Assembly: GCA_951406725.2 (NCBI GenBank)
Contig: OX597816.1
Span: 171,368,001-171,432,000, forward strand
DNA: 64,000 nt
Source: Octopus vulgaris
Lineage: Eukaryota
Direction of reading: 5' to 3'
Shown: positions 26,101 through 40,100 of the stretch, in pieces
How the letters are laid out: each line of letters begins with the position of its first letter
How positions within the stretch are numbered: the first letter of the stretch is position 1
The notes under the pieces: generated by a model
What the model saw: only the letters and a program-made list of their open reading frames with translations
Told to the model about the DNA's origin: nothing
The model's database searches: none
Made by a program: the position numbers and the translations under genes

Positions 26101-29100
26101 GTGAATGGTTTAGAAAGATTTGTAGTTAAGGTCATTGCACCAGGAACAGGAGCACCAAGGTATTCCATAAATTTGTTAAGTTCTTCCCTGTCAAACAGAA
26201 GTAAAATGGAGTAAGGAAACCATGGTGATGAAAGAGCATTAACATTTAACTTTAAAGTAAATGAAAATAAAAAACTTATTTTTAACTTGAAATAAATTTC
26301 TCCAGTTTTAAGCAGTCTACAAAATAATCAGTAGAGTCTGCTCAACAAAAATATTTTTGTTTGAGAATGAACATTCTGAGACAAGTTGTCTAAGAGGATA
26401 CTTCACTCCAAATCAGGATAACAATTGCTTGCATCTAAAAAATGTAAATTTTATATCACATTTGATACCAAAATGTTTCGATTTCTATCAGTTCACTGCC
26501 TTTTTTGATGGAGAATGACAGAACAACTGAGGGAGAAAAAAAATTTCAAAGTTTTAATTTTGTTGTTTTAATTATTGAAATCACTGGTTTACCAGTTTTC
26601 TCACAAACGTTTAAATCTTTCGACAATTTACTTAAATGAAAGTACACACATATACATATGTATGGATGGAGGTGTTAAATAGTCGCTCAATTTTTTTTTT
26701 TTTTCTTCAGACTCCTATATTTTCATTCACAGAATTTACAACTTTACATATACTACCAAAGGGGGGAAAAAAGTAAAGAAAAAAAAACAACTTTTCAAAA
26801 TCTTAATTTTCTCTTCCCCCATTTTTGCTACCTTTTTAACCAAATTTTCTTTTTCTCTATTTTTAATTCAATATTTAAAATACAACAGAAATTATGTATT
26901 TTGAGATTAGTATCTTTTTTCAAACTTATCATTTTTGTAGAAATTAACCCTAATCCCTGATCCTCAGCATTTAAAAAAACCTACATCTACCCAGCCTGAA
27001 CCTCCCTGAAGCTTTTAAATTCATTTGCATATACAGGGATGCTTACTGAAGCAAAAGACAACATAAAGGAAAAGACAAACTTTTACTTTTTTCCATTTTG
27101 TAAGTTCAACTTGTAAGCATTGATCAGCTTCAGGTTACGACACTAGCCATTTACCCAATGTTTTGTGTAGTGCAGGAGTATTGAACTCAAAACCAAATGG
27201 CTGCAAAGCAAACTTCTTAACAGCCATGCTTGTGGCCATGTCGATCACCATTTGCTGGGTCCTAATAATGTAATAATGCATCACGTGTTTTGTAGCAATA
27301 ATAATAATAATGGGACTGTGAGTGTCATACGGTTCCTATCAGCAATACTATATTTGAAATGTCATGTATAATTACTAACAACAAACGATAATCATGTTGA
27401 CATTCTAAAACGTAAACATGTAAATGCATATGAAGCCAAAACTAAATTAATAAGTATACAAAGTATTTCTCTCTTACCACTTCGCTTGTAAAATAGCAAC
27501 AGCAGACGGGTGATTAGAACAGTAAACCAAGTAAAGTTCTTTTAGAGTGGAAGCATGTTCCATAAATACTCCGCCCATACGTCGTTGGACAGAAGGAAGC
27601 CTAAATCAGAAGACAGAAAATATGTACATGAATCAAATGAATGAATAACGACACAGAAAATACTTTCCAAAATACAATTCTGGCTAATGACGATTGTAAA
27701 GAGACACAAATGCTCATTCATGCATTCAAATCATTTACTAAAATTAATTCAAAATTAAAAACAAAAAGTACCTTATATACATACATACACATATATACTC
27801 CACCCATCTAACACCCGTGGACATATTTACAAAGTCAGAAAACAGCACAGCTCCCATGACTTTAGGAAACATTTTTTCACGCTGAGAGTTGCTGAGGCAT
27901 GGAACAAACTGCCGGCATCAGTTGTTAGTTGTCGGAGCACTGCATCCTTCAAAATTTCCTTGCTTTCTGAGATTCGCCAACACTACACCTGATTTTCTCC
28001 TCTCCATACACACACAAGCAGGTATCTGACTCATGCATTGTTCGCTTTCCAGACATTTGTACATTACTGCATATGCTTTATACGCACTTTTTGGCGAGTT
28101 GTAGTGCACCTGAGCACTGTATACAATAATTTCATTATTATTATTATACATCATTTAGTCAGGTGGGACAACAGTGCTCATGATGCCAGTTGCCAAGACT
28201 GGTGGAAGGGAAGGAGAAAGGTACCCTCAAATCTGAGACTTGGTATAGTGACCTCTGCTAAAGACAACCCAAGATGCTTGACAGTAGAATCAAACCAGGT
28301 AACAGATTAAATCTAGGTATATGTGATTGAAATCAAGTGTATGGGTGGGGTGCCATGATACCATTATCAGGTATACTGGTTTCAAATTTTGGCATAAGGC
28401 CAGCAATTTTGGTGGAGAGGTAAGTTGATTACATGAGCCCTTGTATTCAATTTTATTGACTTTGAAAGCATGAAAGGCAAAATCGACCACAGTGGAATTT
28501 GAACTCAGAACGTAAAGATGGACAGAAGACGACTAAGCATTTTGCCCAGCATGTGAACAATTCTACCAGCTCGCTGCCTTAACCGTATCAAAAATATTAA
28601 GGCCTAAAATCTTTGGCAAAAATAAAATCTATATCAAATTTTAACATCGAAAAGGTGCCTGTGGTTAATGCAAATTAACCATGTTGAATAATCAGGTAGA
28701 CTTGGTTTCATTCAAGAGTTACAAGAAACTTATGAGTTTTAAGTTGTAGAAACCCTAACATTGCAGTGATACTCGTTAAAAATAATCATTCAAGTTCAAA
28801 GGGTAAAGACTCCCTTCAATTATGAAGGGCCATGGGATTGCACCTAGGAAGTTACCCTCTGAGGCACAAGTCTGGGCAAGATTGTTTATGGAAGACCAGC
28901 AATTGCTCATGCACACCAGCCTCCCCTCTCCATGCCACCAGTGTTATACAAGGGAAAGGCAAAGGGGCCGATACAGCTTGGCACTAGTGACATCGCAACT
29001 CATTTCTACAGCTGAGTGAACTGGAGCAATGCAAAATAAAGTGTCTTGCTCAAAAACACATCACACAGCCCAGCAATAAAACTCACTACCTCATGACTGT

Positions 29101-32100
29101 GAGCCCAGCACTCTAACCACTGAGCCATAAGCCTCCACAAATTACATTCAAGTTACATAGGATGTGTATGCCTGATACAGTTAGTTATTGAAGAGAACCA
29201 CAGATATGAAATGCACCAGTAATGTTCAAGTATTTTTTAAAAATGCCAATTTTAGTTTACTAATATCTTATAGGAGCATAGCAAAGGATTTTGCTGACAA
29301 TTATTTCCATCCTGGATTTGTTGGTAGAATTTTAGTATGTCAGCCCATGTGCATTTTGGTATCTGTTGCAGCCCTATAAGCTCTTAATTCAGGTCCCACC
29401 TTCTGTTATTGGGGGTAAAAAAAAAAAACAAAAAAAAAATAAAACAAATAGTGCTAGTCTTGGGAAAGCCTTATGCAAGTACTCAAGTATTTCAGCTGAC
29501 CCTTCTCAATGCCAACAAACCAGCTGGCATTCAATGCACAAAAGAACATCTACCCATGCACATGCTTATACATATCCACACACACACAGATGATTCATAG
29601 AAATATATAACATGATCATATTAATACCATATATGGATCTTTTCAGTTTGAATGACAGTTTCTAACATAATTTCTAGGTAACTAAAAAAATTTTCAACTT
29701 CGTATACTGGTAGAATGTGTTTATAAAACATCTTTTTCTCTTGGCTTCATTGAGAAAATTCTATAGTTTGTAAGATATTTGTTGTTTTTTTTTCTTCAAT
29801 TTCTGCAATTTCAACCAATCACTGACGTCTATTGAGGTAAAAAACATTCTGTCCCTCGTTTAAGAAACAGATTAGGTTTATTTACATTTGTGAAGAAAAA
29901 AAAGATACCCTTCCCCCTACCCCTAACCCTAAAACAATAGATCGATACTAGGGTCATAATTATGGGTGACAATTTCATATAACACCGCTAGAAAAAAACT
30001 GCCATTCAAACCGAAAAGATCCACAGTAAAACTGACTAAAAATTATATCTTACGTATTAACTTCTTCTAAAGAAGATAAAAATTTTTGTTGAAAAGCAAA
30101 AATCTCTTCAAGATTACCAGTGAGTTGACTAAATTCTGCCTGAGTTAATCTGAAAGGAAAAAAGAAATAATTATAATCAATAAAAAAAATAGTCAAATAA
30201 ACAAACAAATAAATAATAAAAATGCTTTCCATAGCCACCTTGTTTCTTGCAGCATGTTTCAAAAGAAATGAGTGAATTATATAGAACTACTAGGTTTATT
30301 ATTTTATAACCGGTTATAAGTATATATAGAGTGTCACAAGGTAAGATGATTCTATTTGCTCATGTTTACTTTTTTCGTGATAGTCTTATGAACTTTCATG
30401 TTCACGGTATTCTACAGAGCTGCTGTACATGAGGAATCAATATGTAGCAACTTATTGTCACTCGAATCAAACTCCATCATCTTGGAAAAAAGAAAGATAC
30501 AGTTCTAGAGATACTCAACCGCCTTCCATCATAAGTCAGTTCATTCAGAGACGATCTGAGTCAAAAACAATAACAACCAAGAATCAACTACTGAATGTAG
30601 TAGTCAAATCTGCCTCAGTACTCCCAACCAATTTTAACCATTTAACATTCAGATTATTCAATCAATTGTAACACTTATTTATCCACATCATTTTGAATTT
30701 GTCCTCTATTATCCTGTAGCTTTGAGATTTCAATTGTGTGACTAGACTAACATTGTAGGGTAGGTGTGAGAGGTTAGACTTGGCCAGTTTGAACATAATA
30801 CAGGAAGAATGTTTTGGCAGGATGTGATCAATTTCAATGCTAAAGAGTTAAAATAGGGATTACACATTTAAGTCATAAAACATACAGATGATATATCCTT
30901 AAGAAAAACAGGTTTTGGTTCCCTAAGACATTGGTGAGAGGATTATCCCATTAATCACCTCTCTACAATAGATATATCTAAATAGAACTGTTACTGCAAT
31001 TTCTTAACACCAACAATACTCATGTTCAGAAAAAGAAAGACTTGACAATTTATAACTTAACCCTTTTGTTACTGTGTTTATGTTGAGATGCTCAAAATTT
31101 CTTTCAATTGTTTTAAATATAACAATGAATTTAATAAAATAACTTAGTTATCATGAAGCTAGTGTTAGGAACATAAATTGTGACTAAGGTTTGGTGGTAA
31201 ATTTTAATGGAAAACTAATGAAAACAAGACATTTATACTACTGAGTCAGAGCCGGTTTTGGCCGGGTTGGTAACGAAAGGGTTAAATAGTTATATAAACA
31301 TTCAACTTCATCACTGGACAGACCAAAAAGGAAGTTTATGTGGGGTCACTTGGCATGCAAGAGAGCCAAATAGTTTCACACAACACTGTGCTGTCTTTAA
31401 AAGAAGAATGATACACGAGTGAATGTAGACAAACATACACTATGTCTAATGCATAAACAGGATGATCACAGCTGGGGAACTTTAGATTATCAATCTGTTA
31501 ATCAGTCGACATGGAGTTGAGTAACAAGAAACTGGATATTCAGTAATTATTTTTCCAGGCTAGATGGTTTAGCAAAGCTGCGTTCAGTACCATTTTGAAT
31601 GCATAAATATAAATACAAGGTAGCCTTCTTTGTAAAAATGTAGTAAATATTACTATATTCAATTGTAAACTCTGCGTTAAGTAACATGTAATAAAACTAT
31701 TTAACATCTTTTTCTTCCTCACCATCCTCATCACTTTCTGCTGACTAAGCAATAACAGCAATGGTTATTCTACAATTAATTAAGCAAAAGATTAGGTTTT
31801 CATCATCATCATCATCGTTTAACATCCGTTTTCCGCGCTAGCACGGGTTGGACGGTTCGACCGGGGTCTGAGAAGCCAGGGGCTGCACCAGGCTCCAGTC
31901 TGATCTGGCAGTGTTTCTACAGCTGGATGCCCTTCCTAATGCCAACCACTCCGCGAGTGTAGTGGGTGCTTTTTACGTGCCACCGGCACAGGTGCCAGGG
32001 GAGTGTGGCATCGGCCACGATCGGTTGGTGCTTTTAACATGCCACCGGCACGGAAGCCAGCCAAGGCGGCGCTGGCATCGGCCATGTTCGGATGGTGTTT

Positions 32101-33093
32101 TTTATGTGCCACCGGCACAGAAGCCAGTCGAGGCGGCACTGGCATCGGCCATGTTTGGATGGTGCTTTTTATGTGCCACCGGCACAGGTATCACAACTAC
32201 TTGAAATATTACTGAAGAGTTCAGTGAAACTTAACCAGGAAAGCATACACATCAGTGCATTTATTCAGAAATATACCAATGCATATTGCATGCACATAAA
32301 AATAATTAAAACTTATAACTTTCTCAGATAGTAAAATAATGAGAATTCTTGGGAAAATAATTTTCGAAGGTTTCTCTTCAAATTAATACATAATGTTTAG
32401 CATTTCAAGGAAATGGTTTTCATTTAAAAAGCTTTGTAAAATTCAATTAATTCAAATATGCAAATAAAATATTTCCAACTATAAATGATGTTATGAATTA
32501 AAAAGATCTCATTGCAAGTGAAAATTCAAGGTAATAATTGTTTTAATGTATTAATCTTTAAGATAAAGAGACTATATAATGAAAAGCTAAATAATAACAG
32601 TTAAATGAATGAAACAAACAAAAAATATGACAAACAAACCTCCATATAAACAAGGTAATTGTTTCAAACACGCTAGTCATAATACTTATGGGTTTATTAC
32701 TTTATTACTAAAGTAAATCACAGCTAATCTTCATAATTAAAGTGAATCTTATCAACATCAAACAAAATGTACTACAAATACATTTTTTACAGATTTTAAA
32801 GGAAAACTCAAACGATCAATCTCTCAAAGAAAATGTGTGTGCATATATGTATGAATGTATGTATGTATGTATGTATGTATGTATGTATGTATGTATGTAT
32901 GTATAAGATGGCAGTGTCTTTTTGCTTAACTTTTTCGTTTCATCTGAATAATAATGAAATTATTGTATACACATGGTTCCGGGTTCAGTCCCACTGTGTG
33001 GCACCTTGGGCAAGTGTCTTCTACTATAGCCTCGGGCCGACCAAAGCCTTGTGAGTGGATTTGGTAGACAGAAACTGAAAGAAGCCTGTCGTA

Positions 33094-33156
<63 letters not shown>

Positions 33157-34336
33157 TTGTGTGTCTGTGTTTGTCCCCCTAGCATTGCTTGACAACCGAT
33201 GCTGGTGTTTATGTCTCCGTCACTTAGCAGTTCGGCAAAAGAGACCGATAGAATAAGTACTGGGCTTACAAAGAATAAGTCCCGGGGTCGATTTGCTCGA
33301 CTAAAGGCGGTGCTCCAGCATGGCCACAGTCAAATGACTGAAACAAGTAAAAGAGAGTGCTCAGGTGCACCACAACTTGTCAGAAAGTGCGTATAAAGTA
33401 CATGCAGTAATGTACAAATGTCTGGAAAGCGAATAATGTATGAGTCAGATACATACTTGTGTGTGAATGGAGGGGAGAAAATCAGGTGTAGTGTTGGCGA
33501 ATAAATCCATTGTTTTAAGCTAAAATATGCTCAATGCTTCTGTAAATGTGCAAATAATAGTTCCTGTGATATAGAAATCACCCCTATTTTAAAGCAGCTA
33601 CTGATATGAAAAAAAGAGAATAAGCTTTAAAAAAAATGCATTCTCCACATGGAATTTTTCAGTGATACAATATGAGAATCTACTTCTGGTTTTTTTAATA
33701 GAATAAAATCAAATTAAAAAAAAAAAAAAAAAAAAAAATTCAATTCATATGTAACACTCTTAGGAGAAATTCTTCATCAACTTACACATTATTGTTTCGT
33801 AATGGTCGAATATATTTCTGAAGTAATGTTCGCATCTCCCCAACATGTTTTTCTTCTGTTTCAACTACATTTTCAAGTACCTGTAAGCATAAGTAATAAT
33901 TAATTTTATCTGAAACTTCATTAAAATTTTATCTGAAATTTTCAACAAAGAACATCAATTTACAATTCTGTAGAAATATTTTTTTTATTTCAGATAAAAA
34001 AAGAGGAAAAGGAATCTAAACCAATCTTGATAATTGATATTATTTTGACTTCAATAAGAGTTTTAGATTAATGAATTGTAAACTGAACTACAGATATAGC
34101 AACCATTTTCTGAATGGTAGAATATACTCAAAAGCAATTACTAACAAAAAAAAAAAAAAAACTAGATTTGTATAGGCGCAGGAGTGGCTGTGTGGTAAGT
34201 AGCTTGTTTACCAACCACATGGTTCCGGGTTCAGTTCCACTGCGTGGCACCTTGGGCAAGTGTCTTCTACTATAGCCTCGGGCCGACCAAAGCCTTGTAA
34301 GTGGATTTGGTAGACGGAAACTGAAAGAAGCCCGTC

Positions 34337-34398
<62 letters not shown>

Positions 34399-37089
34399 TT
34401 GTGTGTCTGTGTTTGTCCCCCTAGCATTGCTTGACAACCGGTGCTGGTGTGTTTATGTCCCTGTTACTTAGCGGTCCGGCAAAAGGGACCGATAGAATAA
34501 GTACTGGGCTTACAAAAGAATAAGTCCCGGGGTCGAGTTGCTCGATTAAAAGGTGGTGCTCCAGCATGGCCGCAGTCAAATGATTGAAACAAGTATGAGA
34601 GTATACTTCGTATAAATTATTACTTACTCAACTGAAAGAAGAATAAACCACTTATAAGATATACTGGTTCATAATTATGTGATTCCAGGTTCATCATTAC
34701 TGCACGGCATTACAGGCAAGAGTCTTTTATCATAGCATTGGATTGGTCCAAGACTCAGGGAAAAAAATTGATAGATAAAAACTGTGCAGAAACTTAGTGC
34801 ACCTAAGTATGCACACACGTTTGCATGTGAACATGCTAATGTGTATTTTTTACTGATTTAAACCATTCAATTATAGCAATAATTGGAGCACTGCTTCTAC
34901 GTATATAACCAATCATATTAACCAGTATCTAACCTAATAATTTCTTCACGGAATAACAAAATATCAAGGTTTATTATTTTTAAGAGATATAACTGTGATG
35001 TACACATCATCATCATCATCATCATCATTGTTTGACCGTGGTCGAGACAATGGAATTTACCATGCTACGCCAGACTTCACGGTCCATCATGGCATTACGG
35101 AGGTCCTGTTGCTGGATGCCTGTATCCCTGGAGATTACATCAGGGTAGGAGAGTGTGCGCCTTCTGGGATTGCGAGTAGATGGCTTCCAGAGGAGAAGAG
35201 TAGAAATTACCTCTTTTTCAGCTCTACAACATAGACAGACACACACACACACCCGATTTTCTACTAGTTTCTGTTTACCAGATTCCCCTCAAGCTTTTAT
35301 CCAACTGAGCCTTTTCAGATGCAGACCCAGGAATTTTTCGAATGGAGGGCACAAGGTCAGAAGGGAATACAATTCCAGGAGAAAAGGATGTAACATTATT
35401 TAGAAGGGTACACTTTTCTTAAGGGGAGCATGTGCCCCTCAAGCTCCCCCTTGGGTCAACCCTGCTACCGTAGAAAACATTGATTTAAAATACTACACAG
35501 TTGCATCAAATTTGGAACAGAATATTTACAAAATGACTCTCTGCCACCAGTGAATATCAACTAAAAATCTATACAGCAGTGAAAAGACTGGTGAACTATG
35601 GTATTCAAGCAAGAATACCTTGTATTTATTCCACCCAACTTGTAAAAACAGCCCCTTTTGATTCCTATCATTAGAATTGTAATAAACCAGTGACTACCTC
35701 ACTGGAAGCCTATAACCAATGATACTTTTATTCACAAAATGTATGATATAAAATAAACAAACAAATACATAAATAAATGGAAGCATTTGTATTAACCATT
35801 GTGGTGTAAAGTAATCTTCGGGGATGGGGAGAGGTGCACATTAGTACTGAAAGGGTACCCTCAAAATGATCAAGTCAAAAATGCAACTGGACTTTCTTTC
35901 CAACCTGTAGGTATGTTTATCAGCTTTATTTAATATAGACGCAGGCGTGGCTGTGTGATAATTTAACCCTTTCATTACTGAATTCATTTTGTGATGCTCT
36001 GTGTTTCTTTCAATTATTTAAAATATAAAAAAGAATTTAGTAAAATAATTTTGTTATCCTTAACCTAGTGTTAGGAACATAAATTGTGACTAAGATTTGG
36101 TGGAAGATTTTGATTAAAAACTTATGTAAACAAGATATGTATATTAAAGGGCCAGAGCTGGTTTCAGCCAGGTTGGTAACAAAAGGGTTAATACCATAAT
36201 TCTTGAAAAGAAGCACTGGTTTCCAATTGATTAAACAGATTTAGCATTTCTGATGGCAAAAGAGACAACTGTCTAACCTTGGTGCAGGGGACAGCATTCA
36301 TAAAATAGTTTTTTTTTTAATATCTTTATCAGTTTTCTTGCCAATATTGTACGTTGAGGCAGAAGTGAAAGATATACTTGTAGGCAGGAACACACACACA
36401 CACACACACACTTTCCATCTACCAATTTCCACTCACATGATATTGGCCAAACTGAGGCGATAGCATAAGACATTTGCCCAAAGTGCCATACAGTAGAATC
36501 AAATCTGAAGCTAAGCAGTTGTGAAGAAACTCCTTTATCACACTGTAATACCTATATTTCATACATGACGTATAAGTAAGTTGATTAGCAACATGCTATA
36601 AATGTAAGAAATCAGGAATACAAGTTTATGAATTTACATCCGATGTTTATGCATAGCAAACTTTTTAAATCTAATCACTATCTATAGTTAAGGAGGTCCT
36701 TCAAATTCAATGCATGGGAAACATTATCATTATTATATGTTTGACTTTTGCTTTACATTTGCACAAGCTGGCTCCAAGTCTCACTCAGAGACCTCAAGAG
36801 ACAACAAGTTGGAAGTTCATGTTGGTGTTATGCCTAGGGTGCCATATATTTGGTTTCATATTTAGTGTTGTACTAGTGAATGCCTAAAAAAAAAACATAC
36901 GAAAATTATGTTTATTTTAAAACTTGAGATTACAAAGAAAGTATTTTGCATAGGATATGAGCAGTTCCCATGAGCACTATCTTTTGAATTTCTGCCATTT
37001 TGGGGTTTCCTGGTATCTGAGTTAGGTAGCAATCAGCCCCTTTTGCTATCATTCCCAGGGCACCTATGACAACAGGTATTGTTTTAGTC

Positions 37090-37126
<37 letters not shown>

Positions 37127-40100
37127 TATTATTATTACTATTATTATTATTATTATAATTATTATTACTATTATTATTAAACCATCTGATCGTGGCCGTT
37201 GCCAGCGCCGCCCCGACTGGCCTCCGTGCCGGTGGCACGTAAAAGCACCATCCATTCGTGGCCATTGCCAGCCTCGCCTGGCCCCCATGCCGGTGGCACG
37301 TAAAAGCATCATCCGTTCATGGCCGTTTGCCAGCTCCGAAGTGGTTGGCGTTCGGAAGGGCATCCAGCCGTAGAAACACTGCCAGATCAGACTGGGCCTG
37401 ATGCAGCCTGCTGGCTTCACAGACCCCAGTTGAACCGTCCAACCCATGCTAGCATGGAAAGCGGACGCTAAATGATGATGATGATGATTAATATGCTATT
37501 AATTTATTGTAAATGATAACTAGGAAAACAAAAAACAACCATGGATTACACCACTGCACACATTGTTTCTCTTCGTCACTTCAGTGATGAGGAAGAAGAA
37601 CAGGAGCAGAGAAGGAACTTGTAGCTACATAGCACTAAACACTATCAAGTGTAACCTAGTAAAATACAGCTACACAGAAGATAAGGGGACAAAAGAGATG
37701 CCTTCGAGGGGTATAATGAAAATGACCTTAGAATATGACCAAAGTAATCTGAAAGTAGAAAGTAGCCGATATCACTCTTCATTAACCTAATTGAAGAATA
37801 TCATTAAATATGTAACTGTTATTAAAAGCAAGGACAGAAAAATCCTTTCAGATCATTTCGGCCAAATGAGCTACAAGTCACCAACATTAACATGTTATTG
37901 TAGTTCAATAGTCTATTTATAGTGGAGGTAAACTATCAGCAAGCTAGACCAATGGCTCTGTCCCAACTTCCAGATGGACTCATCTGGGTTTATTTATATC
38001 CTTGGAAAAAAAAAAATATGCCACAACTTTCCATGTCCTTAATACTAGAATTATAGGTATCAGAGAAACCTACTTTATAAGGCCAAATTGCTCTTATTAC
38101 ACTAGATGAAGTTATCACTATCATCATCGTTTAACGTCCGTTTTCCATGCTGGCATGGGTTGGACAGTTTGACTGGGGACTGGCAAGCCAGGAGGCCGCG
38201 GTAGGCTCCAACCTGATCTGGAAGTGTTTCTACAGCTGGATGCCCTTCCTAATGCCAGCCACTCCGAGAGTGTAAGTGAGTGCTTTTTACATACCACCAG
38301 CATGGGAGTCAGTCAGGTGACATTGGCATCAGCCACGTTCAGATGGTGCTTTTTACGTGCTACTGGCACAGGAGCCAGTCAGGGCAGGGAGGCTGGCATC
38401 AACCACATTCAGATGGTACTTTTTTTATGTGCCACCGGCATGGGGAGCCAGTCAGACAGCACTGGCAATGAGCCACGCATGCATGGTACTTATTGCGTGC
38501 CACGAGTATGGGAGCCAGTCAGGTGGCACTGGCACCAGCCACAACTAAAGTTTCCATTTGATTCAAAGCTTCCAACAATAATGATGATAAAGATGTGTTG
38601 ATGATAATTTTAATTCCTTACAAAGCATAGAAATAAAAAGAGAAAACATAAAATCAAATTTACAGGACATTTGCAAAACTGGTTGCATTTTAAGATTTGG
38701 ATATATATTTCAAGCAATAATAAATCTCTGAACGAGACGTGGTTAGCCATATTGAGATGGCTGAGTATACCTTACGTTGTCGAGCGGTTACTGTTTACAT
38801 CTCGTTCAGAGATTTATTATTGCTTGCAGACAGTTTTTCGAAATCAGTGACAGAAGTTACTGGGAAAAACATTAAATAGATATTTGCAAACAGGTCCCCT
38901 CATCGAAAACCGGTGATTGCCGTACGTTGACAAGAGGCAAATACCTCGAAACTGCAGTCCGTGCGTATCACTTAGGTTTACGAGAGAGGGATGACCTCCC
39001 TTTGCAAATACCATAAGGGAACAGAAAGTGTGCCTAAAGCCAGCTGGAGACGATGATCTCCTGGGACTAAAAGCTACAGTAACACCCACCCTTAGTGGTT
39101 AGCCATATTGAGATGGCTAGTATACTTTACGATATATATTTCATTTTATAAAAAAACTAACATTGCTCATTCCTGGAGAGTCATTAAATTTTAGTGACTA
39201 AAAGAGTAACATTGATCCCTGAAAAGCCCATGCATGTGAAGTTACATAAATTTACAGTTCTTTCAAGATAAAGTAAAACCTACCATGAAGAAATTTTTTT
39301 TTTGTAATTTTTAAACTTGTACCTCACCCCATAGTATCTTAAAAACTTTGTATTAACCCTTTCGTTACCAACCCGGCTGAAACCGGCTGTGGCTCTTTAG
39401 TATAAATGTCTTGTTTTCATAAGTTTTGAATTCAAATCTTCCACCAAACCTTAGTCACAATTTATGTTCCTAACACTAGCTCAATGATAATGATGTTATT
39501 TTACTAAATTCTTTGTTATATTTTAAATAATTGGAAGAATCACAGAGCACCTCAAAATAAATACAGTAACGAAAGGGTTAAATTGACTAAATGACGTGAC
39601 ATATCACACTTTCCACATGCTTTAGTTTATAAATTAATCAATATTTACGTTATTGCACACTTGCACAACAGACTCATAAAAATGTGGCTTTCAATAAAAA
39701 TTTCATTCCCAAATGTAAAGATGGCTGAAAAAAGTTTAAGTTCAGCAAATTATGCATTAGTGAAATATCTCAAGTTCTGTATGTTATATACTAATCAAAC
39801 TAGGTAAGCTGATTACTAGTGCCAAGCTGTATCTTTTAGAACAAAAAAAGTTTATTTTTTAATTAAACAGGTAATTAAATTAAATATTCATATTTCAAAT
39901 ATACAAATTAGACACAATTTCTCAAATTTTTTACAGGTTACATGGTTATTTAACCTAGGATATGTTTTACTGTTTTAATATATTTATATTTATGTATCAG
40001 TCAATATTAACCTCCTGTTTCAATAAAATATACACAAAAGCATTGCATAAGCGCAGGAGTGGCTGTGTGGTAAGTAGCTTGCTAACCAACCACATGGTTC

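Noticed and set aside
31960-32200. Repeat-spacer-like array resembling CRISPR
   Set aside because: It lies inside a multi-copy eukaryotic SINE, the spacers are similar to each other, and there are no cas genes.
32209-32240. CTGAAGA...GAAA hammerhead words
   Set aside because: Stems I-III cannot be formed.
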